A stretch of DNA of 64,000 nt from Mustelus asterias (Eukaryota), in the NCBI RefSeq assembly GCF_964213995.1, contig NC_135815.1, positions 71,858,001 to 71,922,000 of the forward strand, read 5' to 3'. Under the pieces are notes generated by a model. The model was not told where the DNA came from and did not search any database. It saw nothing but the letters and a program-made list of their open reading frames with translations. Shown piece by piece: positions 1 through 12,483 of the stretch. Position numbers and translations under genes: made by a program. Every line of letters begins with the position of its first letter. Positions within the stretch are counted from its first letter, which is position 1.

Positions 1-136
1 GCACCCGGAGAAAACCCATGCAGACACGGGGAGAACATGCAAATTCCGCACAGACAGTGACCCAAGCTGGGAATCGAACCCAGGTCCCTGGCGCTGTGAG
101 GCAGCAATGCTAACCACTGTGCTACCGTGCCACCCA
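1..136 (-). mobile_element. tRNA-derived V-SINE (HE1-type), truncated by the window edge
   Basis: Reverse complement GGCACGGTAGCACAGTGGTTAGC..GGTTCGATTCC (Pol III A/B boxes) plus V-domain. Confidence 0.8.
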
Positions 137-534
137 GCTTCCTGTTTTTCTCAAGTGCTTCTCAGTGTAGTTAACTAGAGAGACAACCTTTAGTATTTAG
201 TCTTTTGATTTTCTGTTCAAAATGTTCAACGTCAAAGACATTTGGTTGTGAGTTGCCTTGATAGTGTGCCATATTGGCCAAATGTCTTGTTACTATATGT
301 TTAGTGCATTAGAAGACTGTTATTTCATATATTTATTTCTTGGGCATAAAACAAGTTGTTAGTGCATTATTTGCCGAGTCATAGTTATTTTGCTAATCCC
401 GAGCTGAAGTGCCTCCTATGTGTGTCCAACACAGCCTTAAATGTGTTCCCTAAATCACTAATATTTATCCCTCAACCGAAGTCACTGAGATGGATCATTG
501 GTTCATGGGCAATCAGATCCTAGGGAGCTCCTTC

Positions 535-1662
535 TAGAACAAAAGAACAAAGAAAATTACAGCGCAGGAACAGGCCCTTCGGCCCTCCAAGCCTGCACCG
601 ACCATGCTACCCGACTTAACTAAAACCCCTTACCCTTCCGGGGATCATATCCCTATATTCCCATCCTATTCATGTATTTGTCAAGACGCCCCTTAAAAGT
701 CACTGTCGTATCTGCTTCCACTACCTCCCCCAGCAGCGAGTTCCAAGCACCCACCATCCTCTGTGTAAAAAGTCTATCTCGTACATCGCCTTTAAACCTT
801 GCCCCTCACACCTTAAACCTCTGCCCCCTAGTAATTTCACCCTGGGAAAAAGCTTCTGACTATCCACTCTGTCCATGCCTCTCATAATCTTGTAGACTTC
901 TATCAGGTCACCCCTCAACCTCCGTCGTTCCAGTGAGAACAAACCAAGTTTCTCCAACCTCTCCTCATAGCTGATGCCCTCCATACCAGGCAACATCCTG
1001 GTAAATTTTTTCTGTACCGTCTCCAAAGTCTCCACATCCTTCTGGTAGTGTGGCGACCAGAATTGAACACTATATTCCAAGTGCGGCCGAACTAAGGTTC
1101 TATAAAGCTGCAACATGACTTGCCAATTTTTAAACTCAATGCCCCGGCCGATGAAGGCAAGCATGCCGTATGCCTTCTTGACTACCTTCTCCACCTGCAT
1201 TGCCACTTTCAATGACCTGTGTACCTGTACACCCAGGTCCCTTTGCCTATCAATACTCTTAAGGGTTCTGCCATTTACTGTATATTTCCTATTTGTATTA
1301 GACCTTCCAAAATGCATTACCTCACATTCATCCGGATTAAACTCCATCTGCCACCTCTCCGCCCAAGTCTCCAACTGATCTATATCCTGCTGTATCCTCT
1401 GATGGTCCTCATCGCTATCTGCAAATCCACCAAACTTTGTGTCATCCGCAAACTTACTAATCAATCCAGTTACATTTTCCTCCAAATCATTTATATTACA
1501 AACAGCAAAGGTCCCAGCACTGATCCCTGAGGGACACCACTTGTCACAGCCCTCCACTCAGAAACGCATTCTTCCATTGCTACCCTCTGTCTTCTTTGAC
1601 CGAACCAGTTTTGTATCCATGTAGCCAGCTCACCTCTGATCCCATGCGACTTCACCTTCTGC
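535..1662 (-). mobile_element. CR1 LINE, 5'-truncated RT C-terminus and 3' tail
   Basis: ORF 721..1557 with KFADDTK, WQMEFN, VRPHLEY, ERRRLRGDLIEVYK; short tandem tail. Confidence 0.9.
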
Positions 1663-3462
1663 ACTCTCACCTTCTGTTATGTCCATCTATACATGGCTAT
1701 CTGCTGCTATGATGTGGAGATGCCGGCGTTGGACTGGGGTAAGCACAGTAAGAAGTCTCACAATACCAGGTCCAACAGGTTTATTTGGTAGCACAAGCTT
1801 TCAGAGTGCTGCTTCTTCTTCAGGTGAGTGAGGAGTTGTGTTCACAAACAGGGCATATATAGGCACAAACTCAATTTACAAGATAATGGTTGGAATGCGA
1901 GTCTTTACAGCTAATCAAGTCTTAAAGGTACAGACAATGTGAGTGGAGAGAGGGTTAAGCACAGGTTAAAGAGGTGTGTATTGTCTCCAGCCAGGACAGT
2001 TATTGAGATTTTGCAAGCCCAGGCAAGTCGTGGGGGTCATAGATAGTGTGACATGAATCCAAGATCCCAGGTTCATGTCACACTACCTGTAACCCCCAGA
2101 CTTGCCATCCTCATGTGTGCGGAACTTGGCTATCAGTTTCTGCTCAGCGATTCTGCGTTGTCGTGTGTTGTGAAGGCCGCCTTGGAGAACGCTTACCCGA
2201 AGATCAGAGGCTGAATGCTGAAGTGTTCCCCGACAGGAAGAGAACACTCCTGCCTGGTGATTGTCGAGCGGTGTTCATTCATCCATTGTCGTAGCGTCTG
2301 CATGGTCTCCCCAATATACCATGTTTCGGGACATCCTTTCCTGCAGCGTACAGATAGACAATGTTGGCCGAGTCGCAAGAGTATGTACCGTGTACCTGGT
2401 GGATGGTGTTCTCACGTGAGATGATGGCACCTGTGTCGATGATCCGGCATGTCTTGCAGAGGTTTCTGTGGCAGGGTTGTGTGGTGTCGTGGTCACTGTT
2501 CTCCTAAAGGCTGGATAGTTTGCTGCGAACAATGGTCTGTTTGACATTGTGCGGTTGTTTGAAGGCAAGAAGTGGGGGTATTGGAATGGCCTTGGCGAGC
2601 AGTTCGTCTTCATCGATGACATGTTGAAGGCTCCAGAGACGATGTTATAGCTTCTCCGCTCCGGGGAAGTACTGGACGACGAAAGGTACTCTATCTGCCG
2701 TGTTCCCTGTTTGTCTTCTGAGGAAGTCGGTGCGGTTTTTTGCTATGGCATGTCGAAACTGTCGATTGATGAGTCGAGTGCCATATCCTGTTCTTATGAG
2801 GGCGTCTTTCAGTGTCTGTAGGTGTCTGTTGCGATCCTCCTCATCTCATGTGAGAACACCATCCACCAGGTACACGGTACATACATTGTCTACCTGATAC
2901 GCTGCAGGAAAGGATGTCCCGAGGCATGGTACATTGGGGAGACCGTGCAGACGCTACGACAACGGATGAATGAACACCACTCGACAATCACCAGGCAGGA
3001 GTGTTCTCTTCCTGTCGGGGAACACTTCAGCAGTCACGGCCATTCAGCCTCTGATCTTCGGGTAAGCGTTCTCCAAGGCAGCCTTCACAACACACGACAG
3101 CGCAGAATCGCTGAGCAGAAACTGATAGCCAAGTTCTGCACACATGAGGACGGCCTCAACCGGGATCTTGGGTTCATGTCACACTATCTGTAACCCCCAC
3201 AACTTGCCTGAGCTTGCAAAATCTCACTAGCTGTCCTGGCTGGAGACAATCCACACCTCTTTAACCTGTGCTTAACCCTCTCACCACTCACATTGTCTGT
3301 ACCTTTAAGACTTGGTTACCTGTAAAGACTTGCATTCCAACCATTATCTTGTAAATTGAGTTTGTGTCTGTATATGCCCTGTTTGTGATCACAACTCTCA
3401 CTCACCTGAAAAAGGAGCGACACTTCGAAAGCTTGGAGAAGGTGGTGAAGAAGGCATATGGT

Positions 3463-5570
3463 ATAGAACATAGAACAGTACAGCACAGGACAGGCCCTTC
3501 GGCCCACGATGTTGTGCTGAGCTTTATCTGAAACCAAGATCAAGCTATCCCACTCCCTATCATCCTGGTGTGCTCCATGTGCCTATCCAATAACCGCTTA
3601 AATGTTCCTAAAGTGTCTGACTCCACTATCACTGCAGGCAGTCCATTCCACACCCCAACCACTCTCTGCGTAAAGAACCTACCTCTGATATCCTTCCTAT
3701 ATCTCCTACCATGAACCCTATAGTTATGCCCCCTTGTAATAGCTCCATCCACCCGAGGAAATAGTCTTTGAACGTTCACTCTATCTATCCCCTTCATCAT
3801 TTTATAAACCTCTATTAAGTCTCCCCTCAGCCTCCTCCACTCCAGATAGAACAGCCCTAGCTCCCTCAACCTTTCCTCATAAGACCTACCCTCCAAACCA
3901 GGCAGCATCCTGGTAAATCTCCTCTGCACTCTTTCCAGCGCTTCCACATCCTTCTTATAGTGAGGTGACCAGAACTGCACACAATATTCCAAATGTGGTC
4001 TCACCAAGGTCCTGTACAGTTGCAGCATAACCCCACGGCTCTTAAACTCCAACCCCCTGTTAATAAAAGCTAACACACTATAGGCCTTCTTCACAGCTCT
4101 ATCCACTTGAGTGGCAACCTTTAGAGATCTGTGGATATGGACCCCTAGATCTCTCTGTTCCTCCACAGTCTTCAGAACCCTACCTTTGACCCTGTAATCC
4201 GCATTTAAATTAGTCCTACCAAAATGAATCACCTCACATTTATCAGGGTTAAACTCCATTTGCCATTTTTCAGCCCAGCTTTGCATCCTATCTATGTCTC
4301 TTTGCAGCCTACAACAGCCCTCCACCTCATCCACTCCTCCACCAATCTTGGTGTCATCTGCAAATTTACTGATCCACCCTTCAGCCCCCTCCTCGTAAGT
4401 CATTAATAAAAATCACAAAGAGCAGGGGACCAAGCACTGATCCCTGTGGCACTCCGCTAGCAAACCTGCCTCCAGTCCAAAAATTTTCCATCCACCACCA
4501 CCCTCTGTCTTCGATCAGACAGCCAGTTACCTATCCAATCGGCCAACTTTCCCTCTATCCCACACCTCCTTACTTTCATCATAAGCCAACCATGGGGGAC
4601 CTTATCAAATGCCTTACTAAAATCCATGTATATGACATCAACTGCCCTACCTTCATCAACACACTTAGTTACCTCCTCAAAAAATTCAATCAAATTTGTG
4701 AGGCACGACTTGCCCTTCACGAATCCGTGCTGACTATCCCGGATTAATCCGCATCTTTCTAAATGGTCGTAAATCCCATCCCTAAGGACCTTTTCCATCA
4801 ATTTACCAACCACCGAAGTTAGACTAACCGGTCTATAATTACCAGGGTCATTTCTATTCCCTTTCTTAAACAGAGGAACAACATTCGCCATTCTCCAGTC
4901 CTCTGGCACCATCCCCGTGGACAGTGAGGACCCAAAGATCAAAGCCAAAGGCTCTGCAATCTCATCCCTTGCCTCCCAAAGAATCCTAGGATATATTTCA
5001 TCAGGCCCAGGGGACTTATCAACCTTCAGTTTATTCAAAACTGCCAGTACATCCTCCCTCCGAACATCTATTTCCTCCAGCCTTCTCTTCCTGAAAAACA
5101 TGGCCCCTCTCCTTGGTGAACACTGAAGAAAAGTATTCATTCATCACCTCGCCTATCTCTACTGACTCCATACACAAGTTCCCACTACTGTCCTTGACCG
5201 GCCCTAACCTCACCCTGGTCATTCTTTTATTCCTCACATAAGAGTAAAAAGCCTTGGGGTTTTCCTTGATCCGACCCGCCAAGGACTTCTCATGTCCCCT
5301 CCTAGCTCTCCTAAGCCCCTTTTTCAGCTCGTTCCTTGCTAACTTGTAACCCTCAATTGAGCCATCTGAACCTTGTTTCCTCATCCCTACATAAGCTTCC
5401 CTCTTCCTTTTCACAAGACATTCCACCTCTTTCGTGTACCATGGTTCCCTCACTCGGCCATTTCCTCCCTACCTGACAGGGACATACCTATCAAGGACAC
5501 CCAGTATTTGTTCCTTGAAAAAGTTCCACTTTTCATTAGTGTCTTTCCCTGACAGTTTCTGTTCCCATCT
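3463..5570 (-). mobile_element. CR1 LINE (family a), nested in another CR1
   Basis: ORFs 3540..4403, 4457..5140, 5031..5453 (KSPGPD, NYRPVSLTS, DFSKAFD, FADDTK); near-identical to 55170-57628. Confidence 0.92.
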
Positions 5571-6188
5571 TATGCTTGTCTTTGTAGGACGGGGTATAGA
5601 GTATAAAAGCTGGAGTCTGATGATGCAGCTGTATAGAACGCTGGTTAGGCCACATTTGGAATACTGCATCCAGTTCTGGTCGCTGCACTACCAGAAGGAC
5701 ATGGAGGCATTAGAGAGAGTGCAGAGAAGGTTTACCAGGATGTTGCCTGGTATGGAGGGTCTTAGCTACGAGGAGAGATTGGGTAAATTGGGGTTGTTCT
5801 CCTTGGAAAGACGGAGAATGAGGGGAGATCTAATAGAGGTGTACAAGATTATGAAGGGGATAGATGGGGTGAACGGTGGGAAGCTTTTTCCCAGATCAGA
5901 AGTGACGATCACGAGAGGTCACGGGCTCAAGGTGAGAGGGGCGAAGTATAACTCAGATATTAGAGGGATGTTTTTTACACAGAGGGTGGTGGGGGCCTGG
6001 AATGCGCTGTCAAGTAGGGTGGTGGAGGCAGACACGCTGACATTGTTTAAGACTTACCTGGATAGTCACATAAGCAGCCTGGGAATGGAGGGATACAAAC
6101 GATTGGTCTAGTTGGACCAAGGAGCGGCACAGGCTTGGAGGGCTGAAGGGCCTGTTTCCTGTGCTGTACTGTTCTTTGTTCTTTGTTC
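5571..6188 (+). mobile_element. CR1 LINE (family b) 3' part; its first bases are at 3435-3462
   Basis: EKVVKKAYG|MLVFVGRG rejoins across the nested element; (ttctttg)n tail. Confidence 0.88.
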
Positions 6189-7212
6189 TTGTGCTCCCAA
6201 ATAAACTCGTTGGACTTTAACCTGGTGTTGTGAGACTTCTTATCTGCTGTTATCCATTGCTCTTACTGTCCTCTATATTCTAATTTCTGCTAATTAGGTT
6301 CCCTGATTCTAACAGTTGACAACATTGTGTGGCCCTCCCACCAGCGGGACCTTCTGTTCCTGCCAAAATCTTTTGAACAACTCGCTGCATTTTATGGCTT
6401 CCCCCCACCATGATGAGGTTATAAAATTCCACCCAGTGGATGCATTTGCGTCTAAATTTCAAGTTAACTATTGGCTTAAATGATGTTGGTGTGATGATTC
6501 AAACCTAGTATCTGGATATTACCTTGTAAGCTCTGGCAAAGACCTGGAAAAGACAGTATATGGATCTTGTCACAAATCTGTCTTCAATTCCTGACTTCAG
6601 TGAACATCTAGATCATGTTTCTACTCTGGGCTGCATTGGGAAAAACATAAGACTCTGCTTCTGTCCACAATCTGCACGCCATGTTTTTGATCTGACAAAG
6701 TAAAACCAGAAATAAATAGAAGCTTTGATCTTTCCTGTTCTGCTTTGTCTTCATATTTAGGTTCATCTTGGACATGTAATTGATTGTGGACAAGAATTCC
6801 CTATTTAAAAATTTGTTAATCTAAACATTTTCCCTCGGACTTTCAATGGCATTATTATCACTGAATCCCTCATTAACAATGAATGGGCAGTTACCATTGA
6901 CCAGAAACTCAACTGGACCAGCCGCATCAATACTGTGGTCACGAGCAGATCAGAGGCTGCAAATTCTGCAGAGAGTAACTTAGCTCCTGACTCTCCAAAG
7001 CTTGTCTACCATCTACAAGGTACAAGTCAGGGGTGTAATAGACTATTCCATTTGCCTGAGTGAGTGCAGCTCCAACACCACTCAAGAAGCTTGACACCAT
7101 CCCGGAAAAGCAGCCCGCTTGATTGGCACTCCATCCACCACCTTAAGCGTTTATTCCCTCCACCAACAACGCACAGTCCAAAAAGTCTGTACCATCTACA
7201 AGAGGCACTGCA

Positions 7213-8735
7213 AACATACAAATTAGGAGCAGGTGTAGGCCACTCAACCGGCACGGCGACACAGTGGCACAGTGGTTAGCACTGCTGCCTCATAGCGCCA
7301 GGGGTCCAGCTTCAATTCCGGCCTCGAGTCACTGTCTGTGTGGGGTTTGCACATTCTCCCGTATCTGCGTGGGTTTCATCCGGGCGCTCCAGTTTCCTCC
7401 CACATTCTAAAGATGTGCAGCTTAGGTTGATCGGCGATGCTAAATTGACCTTAGTGTCAGGGGGATTAGCAGGGTAAATGAGGGTTACGGAAATAGGGCC
7501 TGGGTAGGATGTGCTCGGTACAGACTCGATGGACCAAATGGCCTCCTGTAATGTAGGGATTCTATGAACCCCTTGGGCCTGCTCCGGTACTCCATACAAT
7601 CATGGCTAATTTAATTGTAACCTAAACTCCACATTCCCACCTGCCCCTGATAACCTTTCACCCCATGGTTTTCCAAGAATCTATCTAGCTCTGCCTTGAA
7701 ACTATTCAAAAACTCTGCTTCATCTGCCTTTTGAGGAAGATAGTTCCAAATCTCATGACCCTCAGGGAGGAAAAATTGTCTCCTCATCTCTGTCTTAAAT
7801 GGACATCCCCTTCTTTTTAAACAGTAACCCGTAGTTATAGATTCTTCCACAAGAGAAAACATCCTTTCCACATCCACACTGTCAATGTTTCAATCAAGTC
7901 GCTTCTTACTCTTCTAAACTGCAGCAGATACAGGCCTAGCATTTCCAACCTTTCTTGTAAGACAACCCACCCATTCCAAGTATTAGTCTAGTAAACCTTC
8001 TCTGAACTGCTTCTAAATACATTCTTCTTAAATAAGGAGACCAATACTGTACAGAATACTACAGCTGTGGTCTCACCGGTGCACTGTATAACTGAAGCAT
8101 AACCTCCCTACTTTTGTATTCAATTCCCCTCGCAATGAATGATAAAAATCTGTTGGCTTTCCTAATTACTTGTTGTACCTGCATATTAACCTTTTGCAAT
8201 TCATGTACTTGGACTCCTAGATCCCTCTGCATCTCACTGCTCTGCAGTCTCTCACCATTTACACAATATGCTTCATTTTTATTCTTCCTGCCAAAGTGAA
8301 CAACTTCACATTTTAACACATTATACTCCATTTGCCAGGTCTTCACCCACTCACTTAACCTGTCTGTGGCCTTTGGTAGTTTTCTGATATCCCCTTCACA
8401 ACTTAACTTTCCTACCTATTTATGTGTCATCAGCAAATTTAGCAACCAAACTTTGGTCTGTACATTAAGGTCATTTATATAAATTGTAAAAAATAGAGGC
8501 CCTAGCACTGATCCCTTTGCTACGCCACTCATATCTCATTTATGCCAAAATCACCCATTTATGCTTATTTGCTGTTTCTGAGCCAATGTTCCATCCATGC
8601 CAATATTTTACCCCTGCTAGACCATGAAATGTTATTTTCGTTTGATGTGGCACTTTATCTAATGCATTCTGGAAATCTAATACTGTACAGCCACCTTTAT
8701 CCATAACACATGGATTCCCCTTTATCCATAACACA
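7213..8735 (-). mobile_element. Older CR1 LINE with a V-SINE inserted in its tail
   Basis: ORFs 8059..8346 (WQMEYN, RDLGV) and 7611..7877; frameshifted. Confidence 0.8.
7250..7567 (+). mobile_element. HE1-type V-SINE
   Basis: A/B boxes, V-domain gtttgcacattctccc..cagtttcctcccac, CR1-like tail. Confidence 0.8.
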
Positions 8736-9555
8736 TATTGGCCAAAATTCTCTGGTCGGTCAGCTGACAGCGGGACTGGGAGATACTGTCAGTGGACCTT
8801 CACCAGTGTTTTCCAGCGGCATGGGGTGGAATCAATGGGAAATCCCATTGACAGCAGCGGGACCAGTCGGTCCTGCCACCACGAAACACATGATTGGGAG
8901 GCCGGAGAATCACGCCCCTTATTTCTTCAAAGAACTCTAATAAATTGGCTGAACATACCTTCCCTTTCAACAAACCATGTTGGCTCTGGCTGGTTATCTT
9001 TATTTTTTTATTAAGTGTCCTGTTATAAAGTATTTAACAATAGCATCTATCATTTTCCCTATGACTGTAGCAACTCACCAAGACTCCTTCAACAGCAGCC
9101 TCCAAACCCATGACCTCTACCACCTGAAAGGAAAGGGCAGCAGACGCTTGGGAACACCACCACTTGCAAGTTCCCCGCCATGCCATACACAATCCCGACT
9201 TGGAACGATATTGCCATTCATTCACTGTTGCTGAATCCTGGAACTCCTTCACTAACAGCACTGTGGATGTTCCTACAATACATGGATTGCAGCAGTTCAA
9301 GAAGGTGCGCACCACCGCCTTCTCAGGGGCAATTAGGGGTGAGCAATGTATGCTGGCCTAGCCAGTGATGCTCACATCCGATGAATGAATACAAAAACAG
9401 CATGTGGTTTGAAGATCTTGCAGTAACGCTGACTTCACACTAAATTCCAATAATTTTGTAGATTTTTTGCTGATGGAACTTAGATAAACTTCCCATATTA
9501 GAATTTTAAAACAAACAAAGGATATAAATCTAACCCCAGTTAATGTTTCTCATAG

Positions 9556-9655
9556 ACCCATCAGGCCTGGAATTGGTGAAAAGCAAAAAACGTTTGAAGA
9601 TTTTGTTGAAGAACTACTTAAGGCAGATTCAGAATTATTTCATCAAGATCCCCAG
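9556..9655 (+). CDS. CENPJ: CENPJ-like exon (PN2-3 tubulin-binding-like segment), 100 bp, phase 2 to 0
   Basis: tttctcatag|A...CCCCAG|gtgaga; encodes (R)PIRPGIGEKQKTFEDFVEELLKADSELFHQDPQ. Not in the ORF track. Confidence 0.85.
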
Positions 9656-10194
9656 GTGAGAAAATCATTTGCATTGGTGTCAAAGCCCAGTTTTGTTCAC
9701 ACTATTAATAGAAGTGATTCTGTAATTCCAACATTTAAGAAATATATGAAAATTAAGTGTTAAAGTAATTCTACTTAATTTTAATTCCCAGAAGGTGACA
9801 CTAGGATTAGTATTAATGGCGGAAATTGTAATGCCAACAATGTGCAGGATTTTCCAGCCCCGCCAATGGCTAGCATCATGGCGAACAGGATGGAAAAATT
9901 CAGAAATCATCCAAACATCAGTTTCCTCGTTGCCTTCCCATTGGTCTTGGCTGAGCCCTGGCATGGAGTTGGAGCAGACGCGAATGCAGCTCGACCAAGG
10001 GTGTTCTGAAGACATTACTCATACTTACAGATGAGCGATAGACACTGCCATCGATGCCTTTACTTATCATAGAATCCTTACAGTGCAGAAGAAGGCCATT
10101 CGGCCCATCGGCTCTGCACCGACTCTTCGAGAGAGCATCTTACACAGGCCCTATCCCTGTAACTCCACATCTTTCACCCACATGATCTATTATT

Positions 10195-10370
10195 GAGTAG
10201 AACATTGGTATGTTGAAGATACATTTCAGATGGCTGGACTGGTAGGCTGCGCTCTCTCCAGTACTCTCCCCAAAGGGTGTCCCGCATCATTGTGGATTGC
10301 CCTGCTACACAACCTGGTATTCCAAAGGGGAATGACTTGCCAGGTGGAGAGATGGAGGAACAGCCTCCCT
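10195..10370 (+). mobile_element. Harbinger transposase C-terminal remnant
   Basis: Frameshifted MLKIHFRWLD..LQYSPQRVSRIIVDC. Confidence 0.55.
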
Positions 10371-12483
10371 CCATTTGACCCTTCAAGCCTGCTCTGCCAT
10401 TCATTTTGATCATGACTGATCATCCAGCTCAATAGACTGATCCCCATATCCATTGATCCCTTTCACTCCAAGAGCAATATCTAATTCCTTCATGAAAGCA
10501 TACAATATTTTGGCCTCAACTACTTTCTGTGATAGTTAATTCCACAGGCTTACCACCCTCTGGATGAAGAAATTTCTCCTCATCTCAATCCTAAAAGATT
10601 TACCTCTTATCCTTAGACTATGTCTCCTGGTTGTGGACTCTCCCACTATCAGGAACATCCGTCCTGCATCTCCCCTGTCTAGTCCTGTTAGAATTTTACA
10701 GGTTTCTATGAGATTTCTCCTTATTCTTCAGAACTCCAATAAATATAAAGCTAACCAATCTCTCCTCGTACTTCAGTCCCACCATCCCAAGAATCAGCCT
10801 GGTAAAACTTTGTTACAATCCCGCTATATCAAGAACATCCTTCCTCAGATAAGGAGAGTAGAACTGCACATAATTTCCCAGGTGTGGCCTCACCAAGACC
10901 CTGTGTAACTGCAGCAAGACATCCCAGCTCCTGTACGCAAATCCTCTTGTTATGAAAGCCTTCAAAACGTTTGCCTTCTTTACCGTTTGCTACATCTGCA
11001 TGTTTACCTTCAGCGACTGGTGTACAAGGACAACTAGGCCTCATTGCACATTCCCCTCTCTCAATCTATAGTCATTTGGATCAATCTTCCTGTTTTGCTA
11101 CCAAAGTGAATAACCTCACATTTATCCACATTATACTGCATCTGCCATGAATTTGTCCACTCACTCAACTTGTCCAAATCACACTGAAGGATCTCTACAT
11201 CCTCCTCACAGCTTACCCTCCCACCCAGCTTTGTGTCATCTATAAATTTGGATATATTGCATTCAGTTCCTTCATCTAAATTATTTATATATATTTTGAA
11301 TATCCAGGGTCCTAGCACTGGTCCATGCAGTACCCCAATAGTCACTGCTTGCTGTTTGGAAAAAGACCTATTTATTCCTAAATCCTGTTTGCCAACCAGT
11401 TTCTATCCATCTCAATCCACTAACCCCAGTCCCATGCGCTTTAATTTTACATGCCAATCTCTTATGTGAGACTTTGTTGAAAGCCTTTTGAAAGTCCAAA
11501 TAAACCACATCCACCGGCTCCCTCTCAATAACTCTACTGGTTACATCCTCAAAGAATTCCAGTAGATTGTGAAGCCTGATTTCCTTTTGTAAATTCAAGC
11601 TGACACTGTCACTGTTTTCCAAGTGCTCTGCTATAAAATACTTGATAATGGACTCTAGAATTTTTCCCCACTATCGACATCAGGCTTACTGAGCTATAAT
11701 TCCTTATTTTCTCTCTATCTCCCTTTTTAAATAGTGAGGCTATATTAGCTACCCTCCAACCTGTAGGAACTATTCCAGAGCTTATGGATTCTTGGAGGAT
11801 GACCATCAATGCATCCACCATTTCTAAGGCCACTTTCTTAAGTATTCTGCAATTCAGATTATCAGGCCCTGGGGCTTTATCGGCCTTCAATCCCATCAAT
11901 TTCCCCAACACCATTTCTCTACTAATTCTGATTTCCTTCAGTCCCTCCCTCTTACTAAACCCTGTTTCCCCAACATTTCTGGTATATTATTTGTGTGCTC
12001 CTTTGTGAAGGCAGAACGAAAGTATGTATTTAGTTGGTTTGCCGTTTCTACAGTCCCCATTACAAATTCCTTTGTTTCTGATTGTAAGGGACCCACATTT
12101 GTCTTCACCAACCCTTTTCTCTTCACATACCGAAACTTTTACAGTTTTACAATTTTTATGTTCTCCACAACCTTACTCTTGAACTCTATTTTCCCCCTCT
12201 TAATCAATCCCGTAGTCCTCCTTTGCTGAATTCTAAACTGCTCCCTATGCTCAGGTCTGGTGTTTTTTCTGGCCAATTTGTTTGCCTCTTCTTTGGATCT
12301 AATACTATCTCTAATTTCCCTTGTAAGCCATGGTTTGGCCATCTTTCCAGTTTTACTTTTGCACCAGACAAAAATAAACAATTGGTGCAGTTCACCCATG
12401 CGCTCTTTGAATGTTTGCCATTGTCAATCCACCGTCATCCCTTTAAGTAACATTCCCTAATCTATCATAGCCAACTTGCACCT
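10370..12483 (-). mobile_element. Older CR1 LINE fragment
   Basis: Broken ORFs 11061..11345 (KFIDDTKLGG), 11368..11622 (YLDFQKAF), 11609..11914 (KAPGPD). Confidence 0.8.

Larger units (their letters stand above)
1711..6240. mobile_element. Penelope-like element (GIY-YIG) with an inverted terminal copy and nested CR1 insertions at 3435-6188
   Basis: GIY-YIG peptide VYLIRC..WYIGET..LRQRMNEH..VGEHF..EQKLI..GLN on + (about 2844-3193) and on - (2193-2378). Flanking 13-bp near-duplication tatctgctg(c/t)tat at 1698-1710 and 6241-6253. Confidence 0.85.
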
